DNA from: Eremomyces bilateralis CBS 781.70
Taxonomy: Eukaryota
Direction: 5' to 3' (one strand)
Assembly: GCA_010015585.1 (NCBI GenBank)
Contig: ML975177.1
Length of the DNA stretch: 64,000 bases
Shown: piece after piece, positions 1 to 14,623 of the stretch
How the letters are laid out: every line of letters starts with the position of its first letter
How positions within the stretch are numbered: position 1 is the stretch's first letter
Translations under genes and position numbers: made by a program
The notes under the pieces: generated by a model
Databases searched by the model: none
What the model saw: only the letters and a program-made list of their open reading frames with translations
What the model was told of the DNA's origin: nothing

Positions 1-288
1 TCTTGTGATCTGGTTCGACGGTATACTAAACTGTCCGAAGCCCTGCCACTGACTCCTGTCTCCATCTTGGTTGGCTTGCGACTCTTCCCGTGGAGCGACT
101 TGCCATTGAGGGCGTGATTGAGAAGGTTGAGAGTAGGGTCGTCGAGCAGTCCATGTCAGAGCATGTGGTCTAAAGAAGCCGGCGCATATCGAGCAGATCT
201 CATGTGGATGAGAAAGTTTCTGAAGGACGATCAGATTGACAGACACGAAAGGAGAGGGAAAGTTATTCCCATACCTTGATAGACGCAT
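1..288 (-). CDS. 5' end of a hypothetical protein running off the window edge
   Basis: ATG at 288 opens a frame with no stop to base 1 (MRLSR..KLSHPHEICSICAGFFRPHALTWTARRPYSQ..). It resembles a mitochondrial presequence. Identity unknown. Confidence 0.35.
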   Translation of the reverse strand, partial: MRLSRYGNNFPSPFVSVNLIVLQKLSHPHEICSICAGFFRPHALTWTARRPYSQPSQSRPQWQVAPREESQANQDGDRSQWQGFGQFSIPSNQITR

Positions 289-2131
289 TTCGAGGCATAG
301 TATAGAGTGAAACAGCCCCAATACAAAGAACTTCCACAACTAAAAAGAGGTATCAAGTGGTTCCATCGGCGATTCAATTCCGCAGTGAGCTCCAGCCGCG
401 AGATGCCAACAGGAGATACCGATTGCCATCAAAAAAGTTCCGGTCGAGATCCCGATAATAAGTGGGGCCACTTTATATATAGCACGTGACTGCCTGAGAT
501 ACTGGCAGGGACATCGACGATCCAGAAATGACATGAACTGTTTCAACTCCAAAAACCTCTCCCATTCACAGTTCACCTAATTATATTCGATATTCGATAA
601 TGTCTTCTGAGTGCCTTAGCATTGATTGGTTCGCAGGCCTAAAAAATATTTTAGAACTCAGTTTCCCTTCTTCATTTAATATATCCGATCAGGCCGTGAA
701 TCGACTGACGGCATCAAGAGTTCAGGACTACATCCTCAAATGATCCCCCTTCTTTCATTGCGCACCTGATCCGTGTACAACATACGGTACGCCATTCAAT
801 CGAGGTGCTGGAGTGGCTACTCTGCTATCTCGGCAGCTTTGGGCGGCATTGGGCTTCCCGATTACGTACTTGCTTAAAAATGCTATGCCTGACACGTTTG
901 GGATTCCGTATCGCGATCGCTATCGCGTTACATCAACCCTAGTGCCCTCCGTCACCAAGAATGTTGCTCTCGTATGTTCCATCGTCTTTCTCCTCTGCAT
1001 GAGGTATTTGCTTCCGCAATTTACAAGAAATCTCAAGTCAAAATTGTTAACTAGGGCTGTGGTACCTATTAATACCTACGCGACCTCCCGCAGGACCCAG
1101 GGGCCAGGACAGGGACAATGCACAATAATCAATAATGGAGCTTTGTTGGCAATCCAACCACTTAGCCAATGGGAGAATTGGCAATGAATGATCACCAATT
1201 TGGGTCAGACATGCTGCATGAGTGATGAGGCAATCGTCCAAACGAGTCAGGAATGTATTTCAAGAGTTCATCCGCGTAGCAACTAACTGGGGGTAGCCCA
1301 CTCTCACTAAGAGCTCTAGAAACATGAATAGCAGCGACAGGCCAAAAACCCCAAACCATCGAGGCGGAGCACCACGTGTGAAGTCCAGAAATACTTCCTA
1401 GCTATGCCTTATCAGGTTATCCTAGATTTCCATGTACGTACTTGGCGACAATCCCCACTCTTGCCTCTCAAAGACCAGGGTAACTTGAGGGTCGGCTTGG
1501 AGTCCACTGCAGGTTGCTATATATTGACAATGGATTGTTTTTGCCATCATGGAGACAGCCGAGATCGCGACGCCCGTGAACTAAGGAACTCTCCGCCGCT
1601 GCTACAACTCCCCTGCGACACACCGGCGATTCTACCATCCGGGAGATAGTCTGTTTGGCATGAACGAGATACTCATCCAGGGGCCTGGCCTTCGAATGGC
1701 ATCGGCTTAAATGGCTACCGTATTATCTATCATGATGGTAATTATATTTACCGTGAGACAGTCGTGGTGGGTGCTAGCCTACGACAGACCGCCGGTTTAA
1801 CCGGACCGTAAGCGCATGCCAACATTAATAATACAATGATGACCATGTACGGCATGTACATAATAGTATCAGAGACTCGGAGTCAAACAAGCCAAAAGAT
1901 GACTGGCGCGGATCGGATGGCTTCCGCGTCGTGGTGGAGGCGCGGAGCAATTTAATCTTTCTAAGTTCTTACATAGTTACTACTTACAGAACGGCGCATG
2001 CAGGGCGATCAGCTAAAGAACCTTAACACGAACTTGCTGGAACCGCTCTCTGTCATTCGAAGAAATTTTCCAGGGATACGAGTGGTTTAGAACTTATTAT
2101 CTGTCAGAACATTTCAATATTCCATGTCCTT

Positions 2132-2826
2132 CTATGCCCTTTTGATGCATATCGTACACAGTGTATAAAAAATGCTGAAGCCAAGGGAATTAAGAGTTAG
2201 ATCACACAGGTTTTCAATGACCTCAGCGGCTTCGTTGTCATCCGAAATTTCTATTTTCCTTCCCGAGGCATGTTTATTTAAAAATTCCGCGTCTCTCAGC
2301 TACCACCATGTCAGCGTTGCGAGTGGGTTTGAGCATCCAACAGTACAAGCCGCGCCCTATCCTCCGGATAACGTCTATCCGCAGAAAGTTTCCTGGTCGC
2401 AGCTGCATTACCAAGTCCGCACCTTGTTTCTGACTATAATCCTTCCATGTTCCTAGGCCAGTTAAGCAAAATTCTACCGGTGCGCGGCACTGTTCTATCT
2501 TAAATTGCTGCGGTGATCTCAGATCTACCCATGGTGCGACATCTCCTCTGCCCAACCACCCCACGCTGCAAGGCCGCCAGCCCGTTGACAGGCGGTCCGC
2601 GGGATCTCCGGCCTCCACATATTTCGTGCAATCGCGCCACACCCAGTCGGATCGGGATCCGCCCGCACATGAACCATGATAGATCAAAGTATCGGGATCA
2701 ACGACTCTGGGTCCTGGGAGCAGATGTCTCAGAAACGTGGTTGTAAGGCTGAAGGGTCACACCTGGTTTGATGTGCTGTTCGATGAAGTCTGATAGGCGA
2801 TGATTCCGCGTCAAGCGTCGAATCAT
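2132..2826 (-). CDS. possible multi-exon hypothetical protein
   Basis: ATG 2826 MIRRLTRNHRLSDFIEQHIKP, then a GT..CAG intron joining in frame to ORF 2274..2687. Further GT/CTGAC/AG signals downstream. No recognisable domain, 3' end uncertain. Confidence 0.3.
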
Positions 2827-3249
2827 TGCTTAAAGTCGCTTTGGTGCTGCGTTCAGAAACATCCCACAAATAGACTGGGGCTGGAAGTGCGGCGTGGATC
2901 CAAACATGCGAAGCCTATATGCGGGGGACAGTGTGGAACTATGGAATCATTATTGTCCTACTACAAGTTGGGCCACTGAAAATAGTGATGGAATTTCCAT
3001 TTCAAGAGACAGAAAGTCTGTTTCTAGTATCAGGTAATGATGGCCGTATATGGAGCATTCAAACTCCGGTCCTATGATTCGTTATGTCGTGGTATTCCAG
3101 AGGCGCCGCCCTTGATACATCAAATCCCACGTAAAATGTCCATTGCGGTTCTAAAGAGGAGCCAATGTCCGCAACTCATCTGGTGCTCCATTGGCGCCGC
3201 AATAACCCCACCCAACTCCATATCATTCAGAGAGGTCAGTCATTAGGGC

Positions 3250-4138
3250 TTACTTAGCGACAGCCCGCGTAAGTTCCTCTTGTTTTGCCGCTTTCAGATG
3301 AATTCGCTTTACATGATCCCGCTGTTGGAGGTTAGCGTAGAGCATGAGCTGAGAAGAGGCTTGAGCTTACCATATTGTCTACTCGGCTGAATACACGCTC
3401 GCAGCCTTCCCATTCGCACAGCACGCCCGGGTTATGTTTGGCCTCATGCCTCGCCAGGTCCTTCTTAGAGCTGAAGCCGCCACCGCGCGCTTGCGGACAC
3501 CCTTCGTGCCGGCAGAAGAACGATTTTGTGTGTCTCTTGTGATGTTTTCGGAGATCGCAGCCCCGGGTAAACACTGCCCGCGACGTGCAAGCCGGATATG
3601 CACAGCTCCAGGTGCCTTGCTTATTTAGATATCCGTATTGTCTCAGATCACCGGAACTGGGGGATACCGAGCGAGAGTAATCAGACCGCTGCGGATCTGG
3701 CGACGACTTGGCTGTGTAAACCCCGGCAGACGTAAAGGAGGGGGATCGAGAAGCGCGAGTGTGTAGCTCTGGGCTGAGACCAAGGCCATTATCATGGTAT
3801 TGATGATGTGACCGAGGAAATGAGAATGCTGGATCCGAAGGAGGGAACGCTAGTTGCTGAGAATCCGCAGATGGCGGCGGCGAGGACCAGATCTGCTGGC
3901 CCGTGTAGGATGTTTGCGAGTACGGTGCGTAGGTCGTTTGAGGAAGGTATTGTACAGGTGCATATGGAGGCGAGAATGTCGGTGCAGATTGCGGAAGAGA
4001 AGCTGCTCCTGGTCCGTAGATGGCTGGTATCGCAGTGTTCCCGGTCGAAGACGAGGCTAATGATGCCATGACTTCCTCGTGACTCATCATGGAGAGGTCT
4101 GTTTGGGATGGGTAGTAGCCAGACATGACGAGAGACAT
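3250..4138 (-). CDS. C2H2 zinc-finger transcription factor
   Basis: Three fingers: CAYPAC..LRKHHKRH, CRHEGC..LARHEAKH, CEWEGC..DNM|RDHVKRIH. Intron 3322..3370 (GTAAGC..CTAAC..CAG) completes finger 3. TAA at 3250-3252. Confidence 0.9.
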
Positions 4139-7100
4139 TAAGAACTGAATTCAATGAGATGAGATGAATATGACGATTAATTATCAAATTATAAAAGAAG
4201 GCCCAATTGTTGAGGCTCAGCCCATGCCTTGCAAGTATACAAGGCTTCGTCGAGCGACCAGCCCTGTGGAAGGTGACAGGTAGGAATGAACAACAAGAGG
4301 CCTCAAAGACTTGGGAGTTCTTGTTCGAAAATAAGAAGACTATGAAGCACTCGAGGTAATGCGGGTCATAGAGACTTGATATAGGCTATCTCGCCCGATC
4401 GGTGAGCTTGTGGTCAAGCGTCTTACAATACTTAAGTGGCGGAGTTTAAGCTATTGTCCGTACGTTAACTGCAGATGGCCAGGCCTTGTAAAAGCCCACA
4501 CGTGATCCTCCGTTCCCATCGGTCATTATTTAAGAAAAGCGATGTACGGGAATAGAAGCTGAGGATCGATGCTTGCCCATAATAAGACAGTTCCGGACAC
4601 TGTCCCAGGCGGGCAAGTCTTGGTGTGTGGAGCTTTTCTTAGCCCCAGGGGGCTTAGTAGAAGGATCGACAGGCACGTCAGAGCCTCGAGGAGAGAGCAC
4701 TAGAGTTTCATGTTATTTTCTCTCTTTACGGAATAGACTCTCGAAGAAATCGTGTCCTATGGCCTGTCGGCGGGTAAGCATCCGGCAGCTTGGGGAATTG
4801 TTTGATCTCCGTCCAACCGATATGCAGAATGCCGCTATTGCAGGCTGCAGCAAGATCCGAGCAGTGGGAGGGGCCATGGACAGGCAGGAATCCTGCATGC
4901 CGCTTGGAATAAGTTGGGTGATAGGATTTAGTCTCATGTATGACAAGAGGACGGCTCGCAAATTGAGCCTTTTCCACACCAATGAATGCTTGGATATCAA
5001 CGTAAACATTCCGACCTTAGGACTTGATGGCTGCGATCTGCAAAAGAGCGACATTGTGCCGGATTCTAGTTTGTTTCGGGTTGGTCAGCACCAACTCCGA
5101 AAGATTTAACGCGACGGCTCAACTCGGGTTCGGCTTTTGGAACTATCAATCGGTGGAAATAGAATATTTGAGCAAGGGATCGTGAGCAAGGTCATCCTTC
5201 ATTCCAGTCGGTACATTAATATCGACTCGATCGCAGCATGATTAATGTTATAGTAATAGATGCTGCGAAATATGGGTAGAAGGGATCCGTAGCGCGTATC
5301 TGATTATTCTGGTAGAAGTTTGATGGAATCTCGCCTCTCGGGTTCATGGGGCCGAAATCCAAATCCCACGAAACCAATTAAGCATTTGCTTAGCGGTGAG
5401 ATGCTTATATTCGAAGATCCCGGGGAAGAGTCAAGAGCATTATTATTGGAAACGATGGTTAAGCGGTAAGGTTTATGAGTTTTGATATTGGTATTGACTA
5501 GCTTTGAAGACAAAGATGGTACCTTACATGTAGCAGTTACCAGGACACTGCATGACCCAATAGAGAAAGGGGTGTGGTGTTGGAGAGAAGAGGCGGGAGG
5601 TTCCAAATTCCAATGTCCATCCAGGGGGTGTCCATTCTCTCACCTTCACTTATCTCAAGGTCTCATAAAATTCGGGAGAATTGGTACCTATCCTCAACAT
5701 GCAAGTCAAACATTCAAAGAGCAAGGACGTGGAATACATCATGGTTAGAGAGCATTCTGCAACCTGGTTCTACCAAAGATTCAGATGGTGGGTCATTGAC
5801 CCGGGGTCTAATTATATTGCCGACAATTCACGATACTTCAACCCCTGCTTGATTGGGATTTGAGATGACGTGAATTGTATTTCATGCTTATGATTTAACG
5901 GTAGCTGTCACTGTTCAGCGCTCCGGCTCCTTACCGACTGAAGGGTCGAGTCGATCTCTAGGTTGGTGTTGCACAGTTGTAGAATAGAACGATAGAGAAG
6001 ACGTAGCTCAATGCTATATGGATCGGTTGCGGAAGACAAAGAAGAAATACTTGGTGGTATGAAAATAGCATTTCCCCCACTCGTTCGGGTTGTCTTGTAG
6101 GGAAGCTAGTCATGTCATCGTTTCGGAATGGATTTCGGGGCAAAGCTGATTTCCCGTGGCTTTGCTGGCGGAACAGGAACCCAAAACAAGTCAGTGCTAT
6201 CATTAGCAGGAGAAGTGAGGCTAGTCCAGCCGGTCGGATATATATTCCTATTGTTGGATTAACCTATTCCTGGGATCGAGTGGGTAGTGGTTTGGACTCT
6301 CCACGCAGTTCGCTCAATAAACCCGAACGCAGTTCTGAACTTGGGTCCTATCGCCAATTTGCATGCTAGTCATAAAATAACATTCAGTGGGTTACCTGCC
6401 ATCAAATATAAGGCCTCCTAAAGCCGATTTAAGACCGCTCGTGGTACTCAACACCCAGAACAGTCAATAAGGTGGGCATTCAATTGTATATTCGGAAGCC
6501 GAGTTGCGAGAGCTATGTATCTGTGCTCGTCAATACCTTAGCCATGGTTTAACTCTCTTAGTTAGAACAGTCCGCTACTACTCATTGGCCACCATAAACC
6601 GCCCTGTACTGATTTTCAGACTAGATGGACTGATGTAGTTCCCTGTTCACCTCCCGTCTTCTCAGTCAGCTCACTAAAGGGCTCACAACAGGGCAGTTGC
6701 GCTTTAAACAATTCCAAATATTGCACAGTCTAACTAATCTCTGTTTTATGGAGAATACTTGATTCCCTTCTGCAGAAACGGAACCAGCCAGCCGTTCTAC
6801 ACCCATCGTGATTGCTGAGCACCCTTTTTGCATGTCAAGCAGCTGAATACGAGAAGGGTTGCACCACACCAAGGTTTCTCGACATTAAGCATCGTACAAC
6901 CATTCTCCAAAGGTTGAGTAATACGGAACATTATGCATATTCTTCCTTAATCAGACGGCACTTTTCGGCTGCGTGGCATTTGGCTGGTAGGAGTATTCTT
7001 GGATACACGCCTCAGTCTCCGGTAGCAAGAAAACTGCAGGATGCCGGAAGCATTCGATCAATGAGAAACATGCGGGACGGATTCGATGAGCATAGCCTAT

Positions 7101-8058
7101 ATTCGACGAGCATATCCTATTCATCGTGGTAAGGATACCTAAGACAGATATATTCACATCGAGGACTTGCTATCGGCTAATCAGTAGCAGTTATAGGAAA
7201 TACTACTAGAATTTATCATAGATGGGATTATATGATCATTGGTCATTCATACTCGCACCCAGTATCTTCGAATCACTCACAGCATGGCTTCCAACCCGCT
7301 GGAGATTCTTTTCCATTACCGTCACCGTCGTCTTCGATCCAAGGGCGTCTTCTATGAATGTCAGGGTCCTATTTTTGCTCTGTGTCTCCACGTCATAGAT
7401 GGCTACGTTCCAATTATCCGAAGACATATGCTCCTTTGATTAGGGTGAATAGATAGATGTGTCTCCGAACTCCGGGCGTCTCTTAATGGAGCATATACTT
7501 AGTATGCCGTCGACCTAGTCGTGGTCGTTGACGCACGCGCAAGCTCATGATGGCCGATTGCGGGTCCGGGTCCAGTGAACTAGCCAAAACATTTCTTTTG
7601 GGGGGTTGAGCAGTAGAGTGACTGGGCCGGTGGAAAACTGTTCAATTGAATTTGAGGTGTAAGAGGACCGTTAACACAGAAACCCAGCAAACCCATATCT
7701 TCAGAGGAGGGGAGTGATCCAACGTTGGTTACAGATATGAAACTGGGGTGAACTCGTGCCTACGCTGACCACAACTGCACGATTGTGGACCGAGGGACAG
7801 ATGGGTCAGGAGCCAGGAGTACCAGGCTCAGGATCTGAAATGACAACCGGTCGAGAGGAAATGAGAACTCCAGGGTGTCAAACTAGAGTCTTGATTCCCA
7901 AAAGAAAGGGGCACGTTCCAAAGCCTGCGCAAAGATGTCCAAAACGCCTTCCAAGAGAGGAGTGTATTGCCTTCCGATTGGACGGCATCGAAGCACCGAC
8001 GCCATCCCATTATGCCTTTTTTGGTATCAGGGCAGTCAAATTGCGCCAGGGTCTTAAA

Positions 8059-9143
8059 TTATCCAGCGCCCATAAACCATATCTCAACTCCGAGCACGTC
8101 GAATTTGGTCCCTTCGTCGCTCAGCGCCTCGTTACCGAATGTGGGACATGAACTCGAAACTCCTTTCTCAAGGTTGTCGTCAAGCCAAAGACCGTAATGA
8201 CCATCGCTGGAAGAGATCAGCATCAGCCGCATCAGGACCGCGCCATTGAACTTACCCTCCGCCTACGCTCAAATAACTCTGCTCGCAGTATATCATATAG
8301 TCGTTGATCCCACTGTACGGGAATGCTTTGAACCTGATCCGCTCTGGTGTACTCGTCCCGCTTCTGCTTACACCATTGGATGACGCCGGACTCAGCATGT
8401 TCCTTGCGTGTGATATCGTGGTCATTCGTTGCGCATTCGTCGTGTCTGCGGACGGCGGCGGAGGGAGCGAGGCAAGGGTAGGCAGCTCTTTCAAAATCGA
8501 AGCGCGCCATAGAAAGCATTCGCCGGTGCCGTAATAATAGGTGGTTGGATGTGGAGCATCGCTCAGATATGCTCCGAAGACCTGGAGAGTGAACGTGTTA
8601 GCTTTGCCGTCGACAAAGTGTTCAATCCCGACGTACATTGTCACCACCATCTTTTACCACCAAAACGAACCCTCCTCTTTTCCCGCGCAACGGCTCTAGC
8701 TTCTTGTATAACGTCGCCAAGCTCACGCCGTCCTGCGCCAGACTAAACGCCAACTTCCAATCCTCCACCAGCTGTAGCCGTGGGGGTAACAACAACCGAA
8801 TCTCCTCCGCCAGCGCTCGCGACAGCAATCTTCCAGAGCCTGTCGTGCTTTCCTTATACCCTTCCAGGGATAACGGTGTCAATGGCGGGGGTTGGAACGG
8901 GGATGCGTTCCGCCGTGGGGGGGTGTACACGCGATCCATCGTCGCCTTCTCGTGGGTGGCCGCGTGACCGGTTCGGGGTGGTGTGGAGGAGCTCGCCCGG
9001 GGCCCTTCGGATAGGCGTCGAAGTAGGCCAGATACGGCGTAGGTCACCGGGTAGGTAAAATAGGATGCGGATGGTCCGCTAGGTGGGGAGTGGGTGGGCG
9101 CCGGAGGGGCGTGGACTCGCTGCCCGGGAGATGATGACGGCAT
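8059..9143 (-). CDS. OXR1: oxidation resistance protein 1 (TLDc domain)
   Basis: LPPRLQL..W.LAFSL.QDGVSLATLY, VFGAYLS, YYGTGECFLW, LSVGGGDGHYGLWLDD..CPTFGNE.LS. Introns 8582..8636 and 8207..8255. Confidence 0.93.
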
Positions 9144-9704
9144 GCGGGATCCAATTCATCAATGAATGTGGGAATCGATAAGGATCGGGGATTAATGGTC
9201 TAGGAACAAATCAGAAATGGCATTCCCATCGAATGGGTAGGTTATACATGAGGAAGATGCCTTGAGGCCGCCTGCGTAGTCAGGCGAGTGGGGTATGGAT
9301 TTCATGGGTACGTGTCATGGAGTTGAAGAAATCATGGAAGGTCAGGTACACCATATCGACCGCTGTTTTTTACGTGACGGGCCGAACGGAAGACCTAAGT
9401 CCTAAACTAATTACCCCGGATTTCTTGGCAGATCCCATAGGGCTAAATGACAGGAGCGATTCAGGTATAAAGATCACTGAACTACTGCAACATGTCAAAA
9501 TTGGGTGACACGGGGGAATCCTTGATTCACGAGCTCTGAATAGGTACGTAGAATCGTGCTGTACGCCAAACCCTTGGTTCACCGCGGCGCCAATTTATCC
9601 AGATACTTGTGCAACGGGATCACAAGTAACAATCTGAAAGTTCATAGCCGTAGCGCCCCCAATATTAAAACCGAAAAGAACACCGAAAAGGCACGGATTC
9701 CAGC

Positions 9705-10755
9705 CTAAACTCCAGCTTCCTCAGGCGGAACGTCCAGATTCCAGTTGATCTCACCATCTTCGCCATATCGTTCCCGAAGCCATTCGTTCGTCTTTTTGAA
9801 ATGCCCACACTCGAACTAGATGACGATGTCGTCGGTTAGCCATGTCGCGTTCAAACCGGGGATAGATGAACCTACGAAGCCTCGAGAAGCACTCAAGGGA
9901 CTCGGATGCACGCTCTTCAAAACCAAATGCTTCGATCCACTAATTCCCGCACACCGCTTCTGGGCTGGGTTCCCCCATGCTAGGAACACCACCCCTCGCG
10001 TGCGCACCTTGACGACGGTGTCGATCACCTTTTGCGTGAATCGTTCCCAGCCTCGGCCGGCATGGCTATTGGCATCGTGAGCGCGAACGGTGAGGCAGGT
10101 ATTCAGCAGGAGGACGCCACGGTCCGCCCACGGAGTTAGTAGTCCACCTCTGTTCGGAGGAGGAACAAAATCGGGATAATCGATCGCCAGCGCTTTGTAG
10201 ATGTTCTTGAGGGATGGAGGGGCGGGGGTGGGAGGTCGGACGGAGAAGCAGAGACCGTGGGCTTGGTTGACGTTGTGATAGGGATCTTGACCGAGGATCA
10301 CGGCCTTGACGGTATTGAGGGGCGTATGACGGGACCTGCATGCCGTTGTTTAGCTCAGCTTTATATGGCTGCAGAACTCTCCTGACATACCAGCTATACA
10401 CATCAGAGCTGGGAGGGAAGACTTGCTTCCCGCTCTGCACCTCGTTCTTGAGGAATTTCTTCAGTTCCAGAAATTCCTTGCTTGTCACCTCATCCTTCAG
10501 GTGTGCCAGCCAACTTTCATGGAGCGTTGCAATCTCCAGCGCCAGCAATTCCTTTTGCTCGTCGGTGAGCTTGGCGACCCAGGCTGTTTTGTCGAACTTT
10601 GGAGCAGGTCCTTCTGCCGCCGCAACTTTAGCAGTGCCATTGGTAGTTGTGCTTGGTGCAGCATTTCGCTTGAAGAATGAAGTAATGGTTCCTGAAGGCT
10701 TGGATTTCTTTGCTGCCTCTTCAACAGCCCCGGCCGCTTTCCGTTTGAGTGACAT
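9705..10755 (-). CDS. UNG1: uracil-DNA glycosylase
   Basis: Motifs [32 protein letters not shown]. Introns 10336..10390 and 9816..9875. Confidence 0.96.
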
Positions 10756-10971
10756 TGTGCTCTTGGTGATCTTGAGGAGCTAAATTGAATTGTTAGAGGA
10801 GTTTCCACTGATGATGGATTGTAGACAATGCTTGGAACACCACAACACGATGCAAAAACTTGTGTTTGAGCAATGCTCAGCTTTAGCTCATGAATATATA
10901 TTGGGATAGACTGATCCGGATATGTTCATGTTAACCCCTGATTAACTGCTGAATGTTAACTTCTGATGTGA

Positions 10972-11011
10972 CTGAGTGACTGGTCACTCAGCTGGACGCG
11001 TCGCAGCGCGT
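10972..11011. promoter_or_regulatory. MCB-like elements and short inverted repeat upstream of UNG1
   Basis: ACGCGT at 10996-11001 and a nearby GCGCGT about 240 bp upstream of the UNG1 ATG. CTGAGTGAC-TG-GTCACTCAG inverted repeat at 10972-10991. MCB boxes are typical of G1/S DNA repair genes. Confidence 0.45.
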
Positions 11012-13002
11012 TCTGGTCCGAGCGGGAGGCACCATGGGTGAGTCGGTGAGACGGTGAGCGGGTCCACCTATGATGTATTGATGCCTGTATTGATGCCTAG
11101 TTTGATGCCTCAGCATCAGCCCAGGCCTAATCCATCCCACACCACAGCCACCTGCACATCGGGTGGGGGTTCATATCCAGCGACGGAGCAGCGTCCACTG
11201 TGACCGCTGACCAGTATCCAGACTTTCGGATTTGGGAGGACTAGCTTCTAATTTTACAGACAGAATCTACATTTGCGTGTAAGGGCACGTTATCTACAAG
11301 TAGCTCTCACCTCGGAAGCTCCAATTTCCAACGCGTTTACTTGAATCACCAGTCCGATATGTCGCCATGACCGGGCGGTTGAATTGCCAGAGGGAGTTTG
11401 TCGTGACTCTGGAGAACGTCCGGATTCGGAAGTAGGCATAGGCAGATCCGAACTGAACCCAACGGGTAGTCGACGAGCCATATCAGAAGCACTCCTGAAT
11501 TGGTCCAGAGAAGAGCTCGAGATGTTACTCGGCGACGATAGGTGATAGATGAAAACGGGTTCTTGAGGGTCATCGGCACTTCACTCTCGCCCCCATTTTG
11601 AGCTTATATTCAGATTATTCATCGGTAGTATCGGTGGGATATCAAGCGGAATCAAAATCGGCTGACAGATATAGAATTCTCCGGGTTGTCCGAACTACCA
11701 GAAGGACGGCTCAAGGACTTCACCTCAATCGAGCCAGAGTGCGTACACTGGCAGACTAGTTTTACCACGCAGAGGATGCCTCAACTGTCAACTGTCTTCT
11801 GATTAACAAAGTCCAACTTCTTTGCGACCAAAGGTCTCAGACTCATCATCAAACCGGGAATCCGACGAGCAATTGCATGCGAGATCACCACGGTCAGCAT
11901 CCTGCACCAGTTTGAAGAGCATACTGGTCGGTTAGGTCCCTCGACGCTGGCCAACCTTCTCGTTTCTGGATTCGGCCCCCTTCAAAGAGCATCTGGTCCG
12001 ACCCTGCGCTGCGTCTCATGCCTCGCAAAGCGGACCATGAATTGGCCCCCAACGATGTCCTATTCACCCCCAATCCTCCATGCCTGGGCTGGAGCTTGGA
12101 AGATCTCACATCGATCTCTGAGCGCCGTTAGAATGTCTACACGCAGTCTCTATGGTCATTTCTCGACATCACCGTCGTTGTGCCCTACTTCGGATGTTGG
12201 ATCCTTCGAATGCGCAAGATCAACGTTCTCCGGACGAAACGGCCTGGCTTATGGTTCAGCTTCTCACAGTATTCGGGTCACGGTGGCATCTAAGGGGTAT
12301 TGGAGGATGGCCTCCCCAATAGGTCATAGAGCCGATCAAAGCGGAGGATGAGCTCTGTTAGACAACGTTTTCTAGGCTGAATCTTCGAGGCAGGGCAGCG
12401 AGCCACAGGCATAGGCTGCCAAGTATAGGAAACTGAAACTAGGCAATCTACTGGCATTTGTATTAGTGGTTCGATTCTTATCCCTTCGGAACACTCACAT
12501 AATACCTGCAGCATGGGAGATATGTGGAGGAGCGAATGGACTGAGCAGTCCTGGGAAGTTTGATATTGTTAGAACCACACGACGATGCCTCCGGATCCTT
12601 CTAATGTGTGATCAAGAATTCACACAGTTAACAGATTCGAATGGAATGGTAGGAATGTCAGAAAAACAGTGCACAAGTTTGGTACGGTAATTAATGGTGA
12701 CCACATCCGCTCGCTCCCTCAACTCACCTGGTTCGGCTGAGCCACAGCGCCACCTGAGGTCTAGGGTCCAAGTCGCACACAACAACGCTGGCGTGGCTGG
12801 TGACATGACTGACATTTGCCTGTATCGAGGTGATCCCACAACGTCACCTCTTCTTCAACCTAAACAACTACTTACCCCTAACCTCACCTTGTACCCATCC
12901 CGCACTCCCGCCTTCCTCTGAATATCCTTAGGTGACTCCGCATCCTACCCCCTTCCCCTCCTCGGCTTTGGTCCTCGGTTTTCTTTTCGTCACTCCTTCA
13001 CA

Positions 13003-14253
13003 ATGGCCTCTGAGGATCAGGATCAGAAGGTCACCCTCGACCCTACCTACGATCATTATGACTTCCCCGTCCACAGCGCTACCGAGCGACCCGGCCACCC
13101 GGGCCATACGACCCCCGAACAGGATGCCCAGGTCTTTCAGCTGCGGTCCCTGTTGGAGCAGGAGGGGTACAAAGACCGGTTGGACACATTGACAATGGTG
13201 CGGACATCGTGGCTGGTGGGAAGCCCGCGCTAACATGGCATCTCCAGCTGCGATTTCTTCGAGCACGAAAGTTTAATGTAGAGGCATCTAAGAAGATGTA
13301 TGGGCTCCTGCGTATCGTTTCGTACGCCTTTACTAACGGTTTGGGATGTCAGGTTCATTGACTGCGAGAATTGGCGCCAGGAATTCAAACTCGACGATCT
13401 TGTGGTGAATTTCGACTACACGGAAAAGGCCCAAATCTTCCAATATTACCCTCAATACTACCACAAAACGGACAAGGTAGGACACGCCATCACCCGTCGT
13501 GCGGACTGTGAACAGCTGCTGACACGTCGGTAGGATGGCCGACCGGTGTACATCGAACAGCTCGGCAAGATCGACTTAGCCGCCATGTACAAAATCAGTA
13601 CCGGCGACCGGATGCTCAAGAACCTTATCGTCGAGTATGAGAAAATGGCTGACCCCCGCCTCCCGGCCTGCTCTCGTAAAGCAGGCCACCTCCTCGAGAC
13701 CAGCTGCACGATCATGGACCTGAAAGGCGTCGGCCTCGGCTCCGCCTCCTCGGTCTACGGCTACCTCAAGCAAGCCTCCGGTGTCTCGCAGAACTACTAC
13801 CCGGAGCGCCTGGGCAAGATGTACATCATCAACGCCCCCTGGGGCTTCTCCACCATCTTCTCCTTCATCAAGGGCTTCCTGGACCCCGTCACCGTCGAGA
13901 AGATCCACGTCTTCGGCGGCGGCTACCAGGCCACCCTCCTGGACCAGGTGCCCGCGGAGAACCTGCCCAAGGCGTTCGGCGGCACGTGCGAGTGCGCCGA
14001 TGGCTGCGAGCTCAGCGACGCTGGCCCGTGGCACGATCCGCAGTGGGCGAAGCCCGCGTGGTGGCAGGTCAAGAAGACGGAGCAGGAGGCTAAGAAGCCG
14101 GAGGATATTGCGACGGAGGATGCGGCGGGGTCGGCTAGTATACCCGCCGAGTCCGGAGAGGCGGCGACGGTTGAGGGGGCTGCCCCGGCCGAGGCCAAGC
14201 CGGCGGATGCGCCGGCCGCGGCGACTGACACTCAAAAGGCACCCGTAGCATAA
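13003..14253 (+). CDS. SEC14: Sec14 phosphatidylinositol/phosphatidylcholine transfer protein
   Basis: [79 protein letters not shown]. Three canonical introns. Confidence 0.96.
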
Positions 14254-14623
14254 ATGACGCCGTTGGTGGTGCTAGAATTTTTCAAAGGGGCTTTTGGTAT
14301 ACCTGTTCTTTCCCCCTCACCTACCTATCGGAGAAATGCACACCTGTTCCTGAATGCGCTGGTCCACTCGCCTAAAGCAACCCGTCAGGATAGACAAATA
14401 TTAAACCCTTTTCAGTTAGCCTCAATAAACGCAGGCGGGCAACGACCTTTGAGATGATGGGATCACAACGACAGTGGTGTTTTGGAGTGAAATATGTGAT
14501 TTTAGACGCCAAGACCGGCGACAGACACTGCACACCTCCGGGATCTATATATATCCCTCCCAGTACCTCATCTGCTCCAAAGCGCTCGACAAATAATCCG
14601 CGACCCCCGGTCCTCCATGCCCA

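Noticed and set aside
300..2100. Short ORFs (e.g. 813..1187) with scattered splice-like signals
   Set aside because: No coherent spliced frame or recognisable domain could be assembled.
4300..7750. Short ORFs and several GT..CTRAY..AG intron-like segments (5322-5863, 6460-7230)
   Set aside because: May be orphan genes or spliced non-coding transcripts, but I could not build a supported gene model.
12460..12490. GGTTCGATTC resembling a tRNA T-loop/B box
   Set aside because: Flanks do not form a T stem or cloverleaf. No tRNA or 5S gene was recognised in the window.
11060..12700. TTGATGCCT x3 micro-repeat and short minus-strand ORFs
   Set aside because: Too short or low in information, with no motif support.
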